A DNA stretch of 64,000 nucleotides from positions 6,386,001-6,450,000 of the forward strand of contig NC_081332.1 of assembly GCF_022539665.2 (NCBI RefSeq), written 5' to 3'. The notes beneath the pieces are model-generated. The model had not been told where the DNA came from, searched no databases, and worked only from the letters and a program-made list of their open reading frames with translations. This document shows positions 62,287 through 64,000 of this stretch, piece by piece; within the stretch, counting starts at the first letter, position 1; each line of letters starts with the position of its first letter. The stretch is from Daphnia carinata. Taxonomy: Eukaryota. A program made the position numbers and the translations under genes.

Positions 62287-63593
62287 CTCAGCACCTAGGA
62301 TAATCGACACGGTGCCTAAATTCAGCCCGTTTGGGACAACAAGCAGTTTTTCTTATAATAGTAGGCGGTGGAAAACAGATTCAAGTGAGGCACAAACGAA
62401 TAAAGAAGCACACAAGCTCATCACTCATGGCAACAATAATGCTGTGATGAGGATCGAAACACACACAAAGTAGACGAACTCCTTTTAAAAGGCTTTTAAT
62501 GAATACAACGAAACATTCCAAATGATGAAGACTCACTGAAATCCCTTTCGGACGTAATATTTACAATTTTTTTATGAGCGGAAAAAGTAAAGAAAACGAC
62601 ATCGAGTTGAAGAACGACACCTGCTTTTCAGGCTGAAGGCTTTCAGTCCTCAACCAAAACGCTGAGCACAGCAGTGACACCTATGAGTCACAAATAGAAC
62701 CAAAGAAGAAAAAAAACGCCAAGAAGGAAATGCAGAATCCAGCATTACATGGTACACTGACAATCGCTTTACAAACATTAGAGAAAAATAAAATAGAAAA
62801 TAAAATAGAAAATAAAACAATGAAAAAATAATAACAAGTAAAAATATATATATATATGTACATAGAGGCTTGTAGTCGCTTTTAGTACATAGCTAGGGCT
62901 CAAAGTTTTTAATATATGCACAAATTCAAAACACTTACATTTTCCCGTTTTACACAGTTCGGTTCTTACCCGCGTATTTCCTGAAAGGTGAAAGCTTCCT
63001 AATCAACAGGTTTCAGTGTTAGCCGCTTTAAAGGCAGGCACACGTAAAGCAATGCACGTCCTTGCCTTTTGTAGAACACCGTTAGACACGCAGAGCTTCA
63101 GCAGCAAGTAGGGAAATAGAATAAATATGGATCACGGTTACTGCCATGACGAATAAGTCTGAACTTGCGCAGATGTTATCAAATGACCAGAACATATAGA
63201 TATTATGTAAATAAAAGCTGTTTTTGAGAGAAAAGTGCCCTGTTGATGTCGAGTGACACGAAGCCTATGTCACATGTAGTATCATTTGTGTTCAACATCA
63301 CGAAAATCAATATCAGTCAGGTTACAGCAAAGCCTGTGCGGCGCGTGCCTGTGATATCTCCCTAGAATCCCATCAAAGCATTATGCTAGTACTATCCCAC
63401 GCATTATGCCATCACAAAACTTTACCAAACTCCGTTTATTGAACCAAGTGATTAAACATGAATTAGCAAATTGTAAGCTATAAGGCGATATTGATTGATG
63501 CCCTTATGGCAATGGCCGGTTGCACGTACTACTTACTACTGGACTGCAATTGATAGAAACGGGTAGAAACCACGGGATGAAGGATGAAAGCTC

Positions 63594-63930
63594 TTAATAT
63601 TCGATAGTCACACATTTCGTCTTTAGATATTCGTTCAAGGCTTCCTCACCTGTGCCAGAAAGAGAGGGAAAACCAAAAGCGCATTATCAGCATATACTGA
63701 CTTTAGTAATACTTGTTTGCATCGTAATACCCAAGTCTTTTCCAAATCCAGATTGTTTGAAACCGCCGAATGGGGCTGCCACGTCTGTTTTGTTGTAAGT
63801 ATTGACGAACACGGTACCTGCCTGCAGCTTTTCCGTGACGTACAGGGCTTTACTTAGATCTCGAGTGATTACTCCGGAAGCTAAGCCATACTCGGAAGCA
63901 TTGGCGCGACGCAAAACACCATCCACGTCG
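63594..63930 (-). CDS. ALDH1L: 10-formyltetrahydrofolate dehydrogenase (ALDH1L), last two exons; gene continues beyond window
   Basis: Exons 63930-63731 and 63649-63594 give [20 protein letters not shown]...[48 protein letters not shown], the characteristic ALDH1L C-terminus. AATAAA on the - strand near 63435-63440. Confidence 0.93.
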
Positions 63931-64000
63931 CTATGAAAAATCAAAAAAAAAATCAAGTACTATGCAACTAAAACTGCTATTCGGCAAAAAAAAAATGAGT

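Noticed and set aside
63640..63656. CAG|GTGAG at the start of the last ALDH1L exon as a recursive site
   Set aside because: Explained by the conserved Gly-Glu codons, and a terminal exon leaves no downstream acceptor in the gene.
1..64000. CRISPR arrays, prokaryotic operons, rRNA, transposase or reverse transcriptase ORFs
   Set aside because: None seen. The DNA is intron-containing eukaryotic sequence with no regularly spaced repeat-spacer array and no transposon protein motifs in the ORF track.

Overview
Eukaryotic (animal, almost certainly arthropod) genomic DNA with two compartments. (1) About 1-38 kb has no recognisable coding sequence. It is dense in poly-A/T/G/C runs and microsatellites, and the ORF-track hits there look spurious. 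It may be a regulatory desert or the giant intron(s) of a gene whose coding part lies outside the window. (2) About 39-64 kb is a compact block with mostly 60-100 nt GT-AG introns: a + strand tRNA-Ala(UGC), then six protein genes all on the - strand. These are an intronless type II membrane protein with two atypical C-type lectin-like domains, a Ptp69D-type receptor tyrosine phosphatase, an RP2/XRP2-like ARL3 GAP, a CLCA-family HEXXH metalloprotease with a probable GPI signal, an Elk/TCF ETS factor, and the 3' end of ALDH1L. Gene models were built by hand from splice signals and reading frames. Family calls come from remembered motifs, not database searches. I did not find a clear-cut new multi-gene system. 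The best leads are the divergent tandem-CTLD protein, a B-box-less Elk rich in CtBP motifs, an AG|GTAAGT recursive-splice-like site on a frame-preserving Ptp69D exon, an RFX X-box squeezed between CLCA and RP2, a small TIR element in an RP2 intron, and a CTCF-like/tRNA/palindrome cluster at the compartment boundary.
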